Origin: a bacterium
Lineage (GTDB): Bacteria > SAR324 > JACQKK01
Assembly (NCBI GenBank): GCA_041476685.1
Contig: JBGOTW010000001.1
Coordinates: forward strand, 1 to 58,309
DNA length: 58,309 nt
Direction: 5' to 3'
In this document: one piece after another, positions 45,877-54,380 of the stretch
How the letters are laid out: each line of letters opens with the position of its first letter
How positions within the stretch are numbered: position 1 is the stretch's first letter
Made by a program: the position numbers and the translations under genes
The notes under the pieces: model-generated
The model's input: the letters and a program-made list of their open reading frames with translations, nothing else
Told to the model about the DNA's origin: nothing
Databases searched by the model: none

Positions 45877-46034
45877 CCTCATCCGGCCCGCGCCGCAGGC
45901 GCCGCTGGCGCGGTGCGCCACCTTCTCCAAACCCGCAACCAGCGCGGGTTGGAGAAGGAGGAACTCTCGGGCGGGGAGTCCTTCTCCACGCCGGTAGTTC
46001 GGCGTTGGAGAAGGTGCCCGAAGGGCGGATGAGG
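45877..46034. repeat. Nested inverted-repeat element: an outer stem enclosing two hairpins that share the same stem-base sequence CCTTCTCCA/TGGAGAAGG
   Basis: The outer arms are gcctcatccg (45876-45885) and cggatgaggc (46026-46035). Hairpin 1 pairs 45921-45936 with 45944-45958. Hairpin 2 pairs 45980-45993 with 46000-46014. Each hairpin has a single 1-nt bulge. Confidence 0.8.
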
Positions 46035-46241
46035 CCCGCCGCGGGCGGGAGCGCACGGCCAGCGGTGCCTCGGCAGCGGTGCCCGGGCATTGCCGCCGCG
46101 GTACCCGCGTCCGCGACACGATTGCGAAACCGGCTGGGATGCGGCAGATTTTAATGTCAGGGAGCAGGACCTGGCGCGACCGGGCCCGGCGGCGAGAGCC
46201 GGTCCGGCCGCCGCGCGACAACCCATCCGCAGGAAAGCGCC

Positions 46242-48266
46242 ATGATCCGCTCGCTCCGCACGCTGATCCTGCTGGCCTTCCTCCTCACCGGACTGTGGGG
46301 CAGCCAGCCCCGCGCCGATGCCGAGTTGCAGCTGCAGGGCGATCAGGTCGCCCGCATCAGCAACACGTTCCAGAACTACCATCTGTCGCGCGAGCCGTTC
46401 ACCGACCTGCGCTCCGAGCAGATGCTCAAGCACTTCCTGAACCTGTACGATCCGGGGCACTACTACTTCCTGCAGAGCGACTACAACGAGTTCTGGGCGA
46501 ACAAGGACCGGCTGGACGACTACCTGCGGGCGGGGAACATCGAGCTGGCCTTCGCGATCCACTCCCGCTTCAAGAAGCGGATGGAGGAGCGGGAGGCGAC
46601 CGTGACGCGCCTGCTGGGCGGGAAGTTCGACCTGAACACGGACGAGTCCGAGCTGCTCGACCGGCACAATGCGCCCTACCCGAAGGACGAGAAGGACGCC
46701 GAGGCGATCTGGCGGAAGCGGATCAAGTTCGAATTCGCCGAACAGCTCGCCACCGGGGTCACCGAGGCGGAGGCCCGCGAGGCGATCCGCCGGCGGTACC
46801 ACAGCGCATACCTGCGCATGGAGCAGACCTCCCACAACGAGGTCGTGTCCATGTACCTCAACTCGTTCACGGCCACGTACGACCCGCACTCGGCGTACAT
46901 GTCTCCGGACGAGCAGGAGAACTTCAACATCTCCCTGCGCCTGTCGCTGGAGGGGATCGGGGCCACGCTGCGCTGGGACGACGGCTATACGATCATCTCG
47001 TCCGTCATCCCCGGCGGGGCCGCGGCGCGCGAGGGCACGCTCAAGGTGGAGGACAAGGTCATCAGCGTGGCCCAGGGCAAGGACGGGCCGTTCGAGGATG
47101 TGCGCAACCTGCGCCTGATCGACGTGGTCAAGCTGATCCGGGGCAAGCGCGGCTCCATCGTGCGCCTGGCCTACCTGCGCAAGTCCGGCGGGGTGCAGGA
47201 AAAGCGCTTCGAGGTGGCGATCCAGCGCGACAAGATCGTCCTCACCGACCGCGAGGCGAAAGGGACGGTGCGGGACGTCAAGCGCCCGGAGCGCGAGCAG
47301 CCGTACAAGATCGGGATCATCGAGCTGCCATCGTTCTACGTGGACTTCTCCCAGCGCGACTCGCATCCGGACGCCTACAAGAGCTCCTCGCGCGACGTGG
47401 AGCGCATCCTGCAGAAATTCAACAGCCAGAACGTGGAGGGCGTGCTGCTGGACCTGCGGGACAACGGCGGGGGCGGGCTGGACGAGGCGGTCTCCCTCTC
47501 GGGCCTGTTCCTCGATCGCGGTCCGATCGTGCGGGTGAAGAACAACCGGGACGTGCAGACCTACGACAATCCCCACGACGCGCCGGTCTATCGCGGCCTG
47601 ATGCTGGTGTACATCAACCGCTACAGTGCTTCGGCCTCGGAGATCCTCGCCGGGGCCATGAAGGACTACGGCCGCGCGGTCGTGGTCGGCGACCGCGCCA
47701 CGTTCGGCAAGGGCACCGTCCAGAACATCATCTCGCTGCCGACCGGCCAGGGAGCGCTGAAGACCACCGTGGCCAAGTTCTACCGGCCGGCCAGCAGCTC
47801 GACCCAGAACAAGGGCGTCGAGGCGGATATCGTGCTGCCCTCGCTCAACAACCACCTCGACATCGGCGAGTCCTCGCTGGAAAACGCGATGCCCTGGGAC
47901 GCCCTGGCGAAGATCACGCTCAAGCCCTGGGGCGACCCCCAACCCTACCTGCTCGCCCTGACCGAGCGCTCCGACAGGCGGCAGCAGGCGAGCGACTACT
48001 TCCGCAAGGTACGCGAGGACGTGCAGACCTACTTGAAGACCCAGAAGGACCGCAAGGAGATCACGCTCAAGCAACTGATGGCGGAGCGGGGCACGGCGAA
48101 GGAGCGGGCCGAAGCCGCCAAGGCGGCGAAAGACGTGAATCCGGAGACCGGCAAGCCCAGCGGCCCCGATTTCGCGCTGGATGAGGCGGTCAACATCCTG
48201 GTGGACTACATTCAGTTCGCGGCCAAGGCCGCTCCGGGCCGGGTCGCGGCCAGCGGCGCGGGCTGA
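46242..48266 (+). CDS. prc: Tail-specific (C-terminal processing) protease, S41 family
   Basis: It has a signal peptide, a PDZ-like segment (GIGATLRWDDGYTIISSVIPGGAAAREG), the S41 core NRYSASASEILAGAMKDYGRAVVVGDRATFGKGTVQ, and a long Prc-type N-terminal domain. Confidence 0.9.
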   Translation: MIRSLRTLILLAFLLTGLWGSQPRADAELQLQGDQVARISNTFQNYHLSREPFTDLRSEQMLKHFLNLYDPGHYYFLQSDYNEFWANKDRLDDYLRAGNIELAFAIHSRFKKRMEEREATVTRLLGGKFDLNTDESELLDRHNAPYPKDEKDAEAIWRKRIKFEFAEQLATGVTEAEAREAIRRRYHSAYLRMEQTSHNEVVSMYLNSFTATYDPHSAYMSPDEQENFNISLRLSLEGIGATLRWDDGYTIISSVIPGGAAAREGTLKVEDKVISVAQGKDGPFEDVRNLRLIDVVKLIRGKRGSIVRLAYLRKSGGVQEKRFEVAIQRDKIVLTDREAKGTVRDVKRPEREQPYKIGIIELPSFYVDFSQRDSHPDAYKSSSRDVERILQKFNSQNVEGVLLDLRDNGGGGLDEAVSLSGLFLDRGPIVRVKNNRDVQTYDNPHDAPVYRGLMLVYINRYSASASEILAGAMKDYGRAVVVGDRATFGKGTVQNIISLPTGQGALKTTVAKFYRPASSSTQNKGVEADIVLPSLNNHLDIGESSLENAMPWDALAKITLKPWGDPQPYLLALTERSDRRQQASDYFRKVREDVQTYLKTQKDRKEITLKQLMAERGTAKERAEAAKAAKDVNPETGKPSGPDFALDEAVNILVDYIQFAAKAAPGRVAASGAG

Positions 48267-48288
48267 GCCGCAGACGGCGGTACCGCCC

Positions 48289-48353
48289 GCACGGCTGGAC
48301 AGACTGCACGGCAGGACAGACGCACGGCAGGACAGACGCGCGGCAGGACAGCC
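48289..48353. repeat. Tandem array, 4 x 16-17 nt (gcacggcaggacagac) immediately 3' of prc
   Basis: gcacggctggacagact / gcacggcaggacagac / gcacggcaggacagac / gcgcggcaggacagcc. Confidence 0.85.
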
Positions 48354-48445
48354 TGCACCGTGCAGCCAGGCTGACCTGCGAAGAAACTCGGGGCAACTGC
48401 GGGGCGAATTCAGCGAAGAATTTCGGTAGGGCGGAAGGATGTGGC

Positions 48446-48537
48446 CGTCATCAACGACCGTTTTGTGTCAGCGCTCGCTTTCTCAGGGACGATTGCTCTC
48501 AGGGACAAAGATTCACTCCAACCAGCCGTTGATGACG
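48446..48537. repeat. 11-bp perfect inverted repeat (cgtcatcaacg ... cgttgatgacg) enclosing a 2 x 16-nt direct repeat (tctcagggac..) in an AT-richer non-coding stretch
   Basis: The arms lie at 48446-48456 and 48527-48537. The internal tctcagggac copies lie at 48481-48490 and 48497-48506. Confidence 0.8.
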
Positions 48538-48650
48538 TTCACAGCTATCCCTGTTACAGAATTCGTACCATCTGCTTCGCCGTCCGTATTCATTTGAAAC
48601 ATAAGACGAAATTCTTATCCCAGCCCGACGCCACTAGAACGGCCCTGCCT

Positions 48651-48688
48651 AAAAATTCGGCTCGGCGGCTTCGGGGCGCCTGAGTTTT
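48651..48688. terminator. Candidate bidirectional intrinsic terminator between prc and the convergent exported-protein gene
   Basis: A GC-rich stem with one bulge (ctcggcg..cgcctgag, 48661-48684) is followed by TTTT on the plus strand. It is preceded by AAAAATT, which reads as a T-run on the minus strand. Confidence 0.4.
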
Positions 48689-48749
48689 GGGCGCGCGAGG
48701 CCGCATCGCTTCCCAGCGCCCGCAAGAGCGACCTTAGGAGGCGGGCCTG

Positions 48750-48884
48750 GGCAAGCGGTACGCCGCCATGCGGCACGTTGCCAAGCCGCACGTAGCCAAG
48801 CGGCACGCCACCATGCGGCACGTTGCCAAGCCGCGCGTAGCCAAGCCGCGCGTAGCCAAGCGGTAAGTGGGCAAGCCGCACTCC
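48750..48884. repeat. Tandem array, 9 x 15 nt (gccaagccgcacgta-like) with a higher-order period of about 45 nt
   Basis: ggcaagcggtacgcc / gccatgcggcacgtt / gccaagccgcacgta / gccaagcggcacgcc / accatgcggcacgtt / gccaagccgcgcgta / gccaagccgcgcgta / gccaagcggtaagtg / ggcaagccgcactcc. The array lies 3' of the exported-protein gene. Confidence 0.9.
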
Positions 48885-48987
48885 CGCAGGTCGGACACCG
48901 GCAAGTAGCGCGGAGGCGCTCTGCGGCGGTCGGCCGGTAAGACGTGGCCGCATGCAGAGTGCGGATTCCGCGGGGATTGGATGAGGA

Positions 48988-50277
48988 CTAGAAGCTGAAG
49001 TTCAGCGCGAGGGCGGGCCCGTAGGCGGTCATCGTGGGCGCCGCCCATTCGAGGACGAAGCCCTTGGCCCGGCCCTCGACATTGATCTGGTTCACCTCGT
49101 TGCGCGCCCGGATCCACTTGTAGAAGCTGTAGCCCGCCACGCCGATGGAGGCGTAGAGGCGCACTTGGCCGAAGGTGCTTGTGTCGTAGAAGTTGAGGTT
49201 GTACGCGGTTGCGGCCGCGCCGATCAGGCCGATCCCCAGCCACAAGCGCCGCGTGGATTCGGCTTCCTCCAGGCGCCGCAGCCATTTCTTGCGCTCGCTG
49301 TCCGCCAGCATGACCGGCGCCAGCTCCAGCGGCCGCACCTTGTTGGCCAGGCGGATGCCCGTGTCCAGCTCGCGGCGCGTGTTCTCGACCAGCTCGATCT
49401 GGCGACCGGAGTCGAGATAGGTCGCGGCGAAGTGGCCGACCTGGGGCTCCTCGATCTGGTGGGAGAGAACCGCCTCGACGGTGCTTTCGTTGACGTTGAG
49501 CACCTTGACGATGGCGATGTTCTTGCGCTGGACGTCCACCTGCTCGCCTTCCAGGTTCGTGATCGGGACATCCTGCTTGTAGATGACGAGCATGTCGCCG
49601 ATCTTCAGTCCCTGACGCTTGCCCATGCTGATGACCAGGCCGCGGACGGACGTGCTCAGCACCCGTCCCACGCGCAGGGAGTTGCGCGAGATGGAGTTGG
49701 CGAGCCGGAACAGCTCGTCGTCCATCGAGACGTTGGTGAAGCGGACCTCCTCCTCGAAGTCGGTCAGGTTGTTCGTCGGGTCGATCAGGCGGACCCGCAG
49801 CATGAAGCGCGTGTCCTCGCTGCGGATGGTCCCGACCAGGATGCGGTCGGCCGCCAGCACCTTGCCGGATTCGACCCCGCAGGCGATTTCCCGGCAGTCC
49901 ACCAGGCTCGGGCGATCCTTCTCGAAGGCCGCGTTCACCTCCCGCGGACCGACGACGGCGAAATGGCCGGTGTTGCTCAAGTTCTTCTGCAGGATGAGGC
50001 CGATCTGCTCGGTCGCCGACTCGGTCAGGCCGGTCGGATTGAGGGGCAGCACCAGCAGCTTGATGCGGCCATCGTCGGGAAAGAGCTGGGCTTGGCCGGC
50101 GAACAGGGTGGCCGGCATGCCGCCGCGGGGCGGCTGCGCAGGGGGAAAGCCCGCCTGGCCGTGCACGAGCGAGGACGACGCCAGCAACGCGGCTGCGGCA
50201 GCCCAGGCCACCGCAAACGCGGCCAAGGCGGCGCGTACGCGACGCGAGAGGCCGGTCCCTGGGGAATACCAGTACAT
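48988..50277 (-). CDS. Exported hypothetical protein (429 aa), possible outer-membrane-associated
   Basis: It has an N-terminal signal-like segment (ALAAFAVAWAAAAALLASSSLVHG). A TolB-N/LpoB/CsgG-like alpha-beta module (KLLVLPLNPTGL..IGLILQKNLSNTGHFAVVG..IACGVESGKVLAADRILVGTI) is my impression only. It ends in a terminal aromatic ..ALNFSF. Confidence 0.6.
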   Translation of the reverse strand: MYWYSPGTGLSRRVRAALAAFAVAWAAAAALLASSSLVHGQAGFPPAQPPRGGMPATLFAGQAQLFPDDGRIKLLVLPLNPTGLTESATEQIGLILQKNLSNTGHFAVVGPREVNAAFEKDRPSLVDCREIACGVESGKVLAADRILVGTIRSEDTRFMLRVRLIDPTNNLTDFEEEVRFTNVSMDDELFRLANSISRNSLRVGRVLSTSVRGLVISMGKRQGLKIGDMLVIYKQDVPITNLEGEQVDVQRKNIAIVKVLNVNESTVEAVLSHQIEEPQVGHFAATYLDSGRQIELVENTRRELDTGIRLANKVRPLELAPVMLADSERKKWLRRLEEAESTRRLWLGIGLIGAAATAYNLNFYDTSTFGQVRLYASIGVAGYSFYKWIRARNEVNQINVEGRAKGFVLEWAAPTMTAYGPALALNFSF

Positions 50278-50510
50278 GCCGGAGCCGAATTGGGGTCCCT
50301 TGGACAGGTGCGGGGGACTTGGGGCCCGCGGACTGCCCAGGTTCGCCGTAGCGGTTGCGCCCGGATTGGCCCTGCTTGCCAGCCCGGCCCGGGCAACCTA
50401 TGCTGCTGCGGAGCAAGAACACCAGTTGCAAAGCAAGAACAACGCCATGGAGGCGCCGGAACGCGGCCGCTCGCGCGTCCGCCGGCGTCCCCGCAGCGGG
50501 TCCTATCGGA

Positions 50511-51002
50511 ATGAATTTGTTGAATATTTCCCCGGACCTGCTGCGCCTCTGCTTTGCGCACGGCGCGGAGGGTTATCCGGACGAGATCTGCGGCGTGCTG
50601 AGCGGGCCGGCCGGAGAGCCCGAGCGCCTGACCGCCGCGCATCCGCTCCCCAACATCCTGACCCGATTGCACGGCGAGGACCCGGAGCGCTATCCCCGCA
50701 CGGCGCGGGAAGGCTACGTGCTCGATCCGCGCGAGCACATGTTGCTCGAACGCAGGCTCGGCGCAGAGGGCCAGGCGATCCGCGTCATCTACCACAGCCA
50801 TGTGGACGTGGGCGCCTACTTCTCCGCGGAGGACCAGCGCCGGGCGCTCTGGGACGGCAGGCCGCTCTGGCCGGGCGTGGCCTACCTCGTATGCGGAATC
50901 AAGCAGCGCCGGCCGGACGGCGCCGTGCTGGCCTGGTTCGACGAGCGTTCCGGCCAATTCACCGAAGCCCGCCTGCTCGCGGAGGGGACCGGCCCGGCCT
51001 AG
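50511..51002 (+). CDS. JAMM/MPN+ (Mov34) family metalloprotease
   Basis: EICGVL (Glu) and the full JAMM motif HSHVDVGAYFSAED (H-x-H-x7-S-x2-D). The length of 163 aa matches Mec+/QbsD-type standalone JAMM proteins. Confidence 0.8.
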   Translation: MNLLNISPDLLRLCFAHGAEGYPDEICGVLSGPAGEPERLTAAHPLPNILTRLHGEDPERYPRTAREGYVLDPREHMLLERRLGAEGQAIRVIYHSHVDVGAYFSAEDQRRALWDGRPLWPGVAYLVCGIKQRRPDGAVLAWFDERSGQFTEARLLAEGTGPA

Positions 51003-51116
51003 TCGGCAAGGGCGCGCAGGGAGAGGACCGAGTCGGAGGCGTTGCCCCCGCCGGCGATCCACAGCCGGAGAGGACACGCTCCGCACCCCTTGGTTATTCG
51101 CCGGTTCAAACGGCGC

Positions 51117-52343
51117 CTAGCTCGTGATCTGGCGCACGAAATGCCGCGCGCGGCGGATCAGCCCCGGCCGCGGACCCGGGTCTGCCGTCCGCTCCGCCAC
51201 GAGGTGGTAAGCCTGCAGCACGTTGTGCTCGAAGGCGTACGCCCCGCTCCACAGATACAGCCAGAACGCCCGGTACACCTGGTCGCCCCAGCGCTTGCGG
51301 ATCAGCTCCTTGCTGGCCTCGAAGCGGCGCGCCCAGTGCGTCATGGTCAGGCTGTAGTTGTGGTTGTCCTGCACGACCTGGCGCGGCATGAATCCGTGGA
51401 ACAGCATCTCCTGCAGCACGTCCTGCAGGCACATGTAGCTGTGCGTCCCGGGATAGATGTAGTGGCGGATGAAGCGGCTCACGCCGAACTTCTCGACGTC
51501 CGCCGACGCATCCATGTAGATCAGCCCGCCCGGCTTGAGCACCTTCCAGGCTTGCTCGAAGAAGCGGCGGTAGTAGGGGATGTGCTCGATCACGCCGAGG
51601 ATGACGATGGCGTCGTAGGGCTTCTCGGGCGCGTGCACGAGATAGTCCTCGAGCAGCACCTGGCCGGGGTAGCCGGTTTCCTTGAGCAGCCGCGAGATGT
51701 GGGCGAACGAGTCGTTGGCCAGCGTGAGGCTGGTGGTGTGCACGCCGCGCGGGCCGAAGTAGCGCGTCGCTCCGCCCCAGCCGGCGCCGATGTCCAGCAC
51801 GCGCATGCCGGCTTTCAGCTCCGTCCACGCGAACGCCGTGGCCAGCTTGCGCTCGCACGCCTTCTCCAGCGACTCCGCGTCGGAGCTGAAGAAGCCGTGC
51901 GAGTACAGGTGGTAGTCGTTGTCGATGAACGCGAGGAAGAACTCGTCCCCGAACTCGTAATGGTGCTGGATCGCCTTGCGGTTGATCTGGGTCGGATCCA
52001 TCAGCAGCAGCTGCGCCCAGAACTTGAGCCAGGGCAGCGCGCCGATTTCCCGCTTCAACTGGTGGCGGATGTCGTAGAACGACATCATGTCGCCTTCGAT
52101 GTCGAACTCCCCGTTCACGAAGCATTCGGCGAGCGCGAATTCGTCCAGGCCGCGGGCGAGGACCCGCTCCTTGTGGATGATGACGCGGAACTTCGGCGCA
52201 TCGTTCCCGAACCGCAGCGGCTCGCCGCTGGGCAGCACGACCTCGCACGACACGTTGAACCCGCGCATGAGCCTTTCGACCTTCGCAATCACCCTGCGCT
52301 GGGTGGAATGCGAGCCAGGCAGCGATTGCGGCGACGAAACCAT
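51117..52343 (-). CDS. cfa: Cyclopropane-fatty-acyl-phospholipid synthase family SAM-dependent methyltransferase
   Basis: The start ATG at 52343 follows GGAGGAA on the minus strand. IQHHYEFGDEFFLAFIDNDYHLYSHGFF, the SAM motif VLDIGAGWGG, and a typical CFA-synthase length are present. Confidence 0.85.
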   Translation of the reverse strand: MVSSPQSLPGSHSTQRRVIAKVERLMRGFNVSCEVVLPSGEPLRFGNDAPKFRVIIHKERVLARGLDEFALAECFVNGEFDIEGDMMSFYDIRHQLKREIGALPWLKFWAQLLLMDPTQINRKAIQHHYEFGDEFFLAFIDNDYHLYSHGFFSSDAESLEKACERKLATAFAWTELKAGMRVLDIGAGWGGATRYFGPRGVHTTSLTLANDSFAHISRLLKETGYPGQVLLEDYLVHAPEKPYDAIVILGVIEHIPYYRRFFEQAWKVLKPGGLIYMDASADVEKFGVSRFIRHYIYPGTHSYMCLQDVLQEMLFHGFMPRQVVQDNHNYSLTMTHWARRFEASKELIRKRWGDQVYRAFWLYLWSGAYAFEHNVLQAYHLVAERTADPGPRPGLIRRARHFVRQITS

Positions 52344-52475
52344 GGTTCCTCCTTCTTCTCGATTCACCCGCTGCAAGCATTCCCTTGCGGGCTTCGCCAA
52401 TCCCTTGCGTCTTCACACGGGCCTCTCGCCGGCCCGGCGTCCAGCGGTCCTCAAGCACATTCTGGTATTGGATTG

Positions 52476-52512
52476 CGAGAAAGAATACAACCCCTCGCCC
52501 GTGGCGGCGAGG
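52476..52512 (-). terminator. Candidate intrinsic terminator downstream of the acyl-CoA dehydrogenase gene
   Basis: On the minus strand the stem CCTCGCC-gccacg-GGCGAGG is followed by the T-rich run GGTTGTATTCTTTCTC. It lies about 190 nt after the ACAD stop and upstream of cfa. Confidence 0.35.
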
Positions 52513-52697
52513 TCCGTATGCGTGCTGCCGGAGATTTCCCGCCACACCCGAAATGACAAGAGACCGCCACCCCGGGTGCGGCGCAGGGTCGGCTGCTGTT
52601 CGTCTCCGGTATCTGCCCCGGGATTGACCCGCTCTCCACGCGGCGGCGGCGGGTCGGCATGGTCGCAGGGTCCCCAGGATCGCCCCCCTGCCGCGCC

Positions 52698-54380
52698 TCA
52701 CTCGCCGTGGGCCTTCAGCAGCGCGGGCAGGATCACCTTGAGCGCGAGCACCTCCTCCGCCCCTTCGAAGATGCTCAGCACGCGCGCGTCCACGAACAGC
52801 CGGGAGACTGCGAATTCTTCCGCATAGCCCATCCCCCCGTGGATTTGCTGCGCCTCGCGCGTGATCCACTCCGCCTGCCGGCAGGCGAGGAACTTCACCA
52901 GGGACGCCTCCATCTGCGCCTCGGCCGGGGCCTCGTCCAGCCGCCTGGCCGCCGCATAGCACGCCTGCCGGCTCATGTGCACCAGCGCGGCCATGCGCAC
53001 GAGCTTCTCCTGCGTCAGGCCGAAGCGGATGAGCGGCTGCCCGAACACTTGCCGCTCGCGCGCGTAGCCCGTCGCCGCCTCCAGCGCCGCCTGCATCAGC
53101 CCCAGCGCCCGGCCCGCCGTCTGCAGGCGCCCGAAGGCGAAGCCTTCCATCTGCAGGTAGAACCCCTTGCCCCGCCCGCCCTCCTCGCCGATCAGGTTCT
53201 CCGCGGGCACCGGATAGTCCTCGAACACCAGCTCGTAGGAGTGCATGCCCCGGTAGCCCAGCGTGGGGATGGCCCGTCCCGCCAGCCGCCCGCCCTGCGC
53301 GGGGCGATGCTCGAAGTCGTGCCCGTAGTAGGCCGGCTTTTCCACGACGAACATGGACAGCCCCTTGTACCCCAGCCCCGGCTCGGGCTCGCTGCGCGCC
53401 AGCAGCCCGATCAACTCCGCCCGCCCGGCAAAGGTGCACCAGAGCTTTGTGCCGTTCAGCCGCCAGCCGCCGGCCACGCGGCGTGCACTGCAGTGGATGT
53501 GGGCGACGTCCGAGCCGAAATCCGGCTCCGTCACGGAGATGGCCACCATCTGCTCCCCGCTCGCCATCGGCGGCAGGAACTTCGCCCGCTGGCGCTCCGT
53601 GCCCCCCTTGAGCAGGGCGCGCGCCAGGATTTCCGGGCGCGTAATCAGGCTGCCGAAGATGAGCGAGCCGCGGCACAGCTCCTCCGTCACCAGCACCATG
53701 CCCAGGCTGTCCGGCTTGTCCTGCACGCCGCCGTAAGCCTGGGGAATGGACAGGCCGAAGCAGCCCAGCTCGGCCGCCGCGCGGATCAGCTCGTCGGGAA
53801 TGAGCTGGTCCTCCCGGTGCCAGCGCTCCGCCACGGGCTTGACGCGCTTGTCGGCGAAGCTGCGGAAGCTCTGCCGCAGCAGGTGGCGCTCCTCGTCCAG
53901 GCCGTCGGCGCCGAAGGATTGACGGCCCTCGATGGCATCCAGCACCTGGGCGTGGAAAGATGCGCTGGACGTGTGGCGCACCAGATCCAGCACGCCGGCC
54001 TCCTGCGCGAAGGCGAGAGGCCCCGGCTCGGCGCAGTCCAGTTGCATCGCCAGCACGGGAAGCTGCTCGCGCAACAGGTTCGCCGTCAGGCCCGCGGCGG
54101 CGACGGTGAGCAGGGCTTCCAGCTCGCCGAGCATCCCGGAAGAAAGGGTGCGGCGGGCGGCGAAGGTCTGCGCGTACAGGTGCGCGAGGCGGAAGCCCTC
54201 GGACTGGCGGCGTTCGAGTTCGGCCGGAGCCGGCTTGCCGCTGCGCATGCACGTCCGCCCCAGAGCCGCAATGAGAGTGTGGAGCGCGGACTCGCCCCGG
54301 GTGATGATGGCCGCCGCATCGCGCAGCAAGGGATGGTCGCGCAGCAATGTCTGCTCGCGCAGCGGGGTCCGGAGGTCCAT
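52698..54380 (-). CDS. Acyl-CoA dehydrogenase family protein with an N-terminal extension of about 190 aa
   Basis: The start ATG at 54380 follows AGGAG. The ACAD core runs from ..LDEERHLLRQSFRSFADKRV.. through ..VTEPDFGSDV.. to ..IHGGMGYAEEF..IFEGAEEV. Confidence 0.9.
   Translation of the reverse strand: MDLRTPLREQTLLRDHPLLRDAAAIITRGESALHTLIAALGRTCMRSGKPAPAELERRQSEGFRLAHLYAQTFAARRTLSSGMLGELEALLTVAAAGLTANLLREQLPVLAMQLDCAEPGPLAFAQEAGVLDLVRHTSSASFHAQVLDAIEGRQSFGADGLDEERHLLRQSFRSFADKRVKPVAERWHREDQLIPDELIRAAAELGCFGLSIPQAYGGVQDKPDSLGMVLVTEELCRGSLIFGSLITRPEILARALLKGGTERQRAKFLPPMASGEQMVAISVTEPDFGSDVAHIHCSARRVAGGWRLNGTKLWCTFAGRAELIGLLARSEPEPGLGYKGLSMFVVEKPAYYGHDFEHRPAQGGRLAGRAIPTLGYRGMHSYELVFEDYPVPAENLIGEEGGRGKGFYLQMEGFAFGRLQTAGRALGLMQAALEAATGYARERQVFGQPLIRFGLTQEKLVRMAALVHMSRQACYAAARRLDEAPAEAQMEASLVKFLACRQAEWITREAQQIHGGMGYAEEFAVSRLFVDARVLSIFEGAEEVLALKVILPALLKAHGE

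Noticed and set aside
48615-48953. 112-aa minus-strand ORF translating the 15-nt array as pentapeptide repeats (LGYAR/LGNVP/HGGVP).
   Set aside because: The frame stays open only because the repeat unit is a multiple of 3. The non-repeat flanks are not protein-like, and there is no convincing RBS. I treat it as a non-coding tandem repeat pending expression data.
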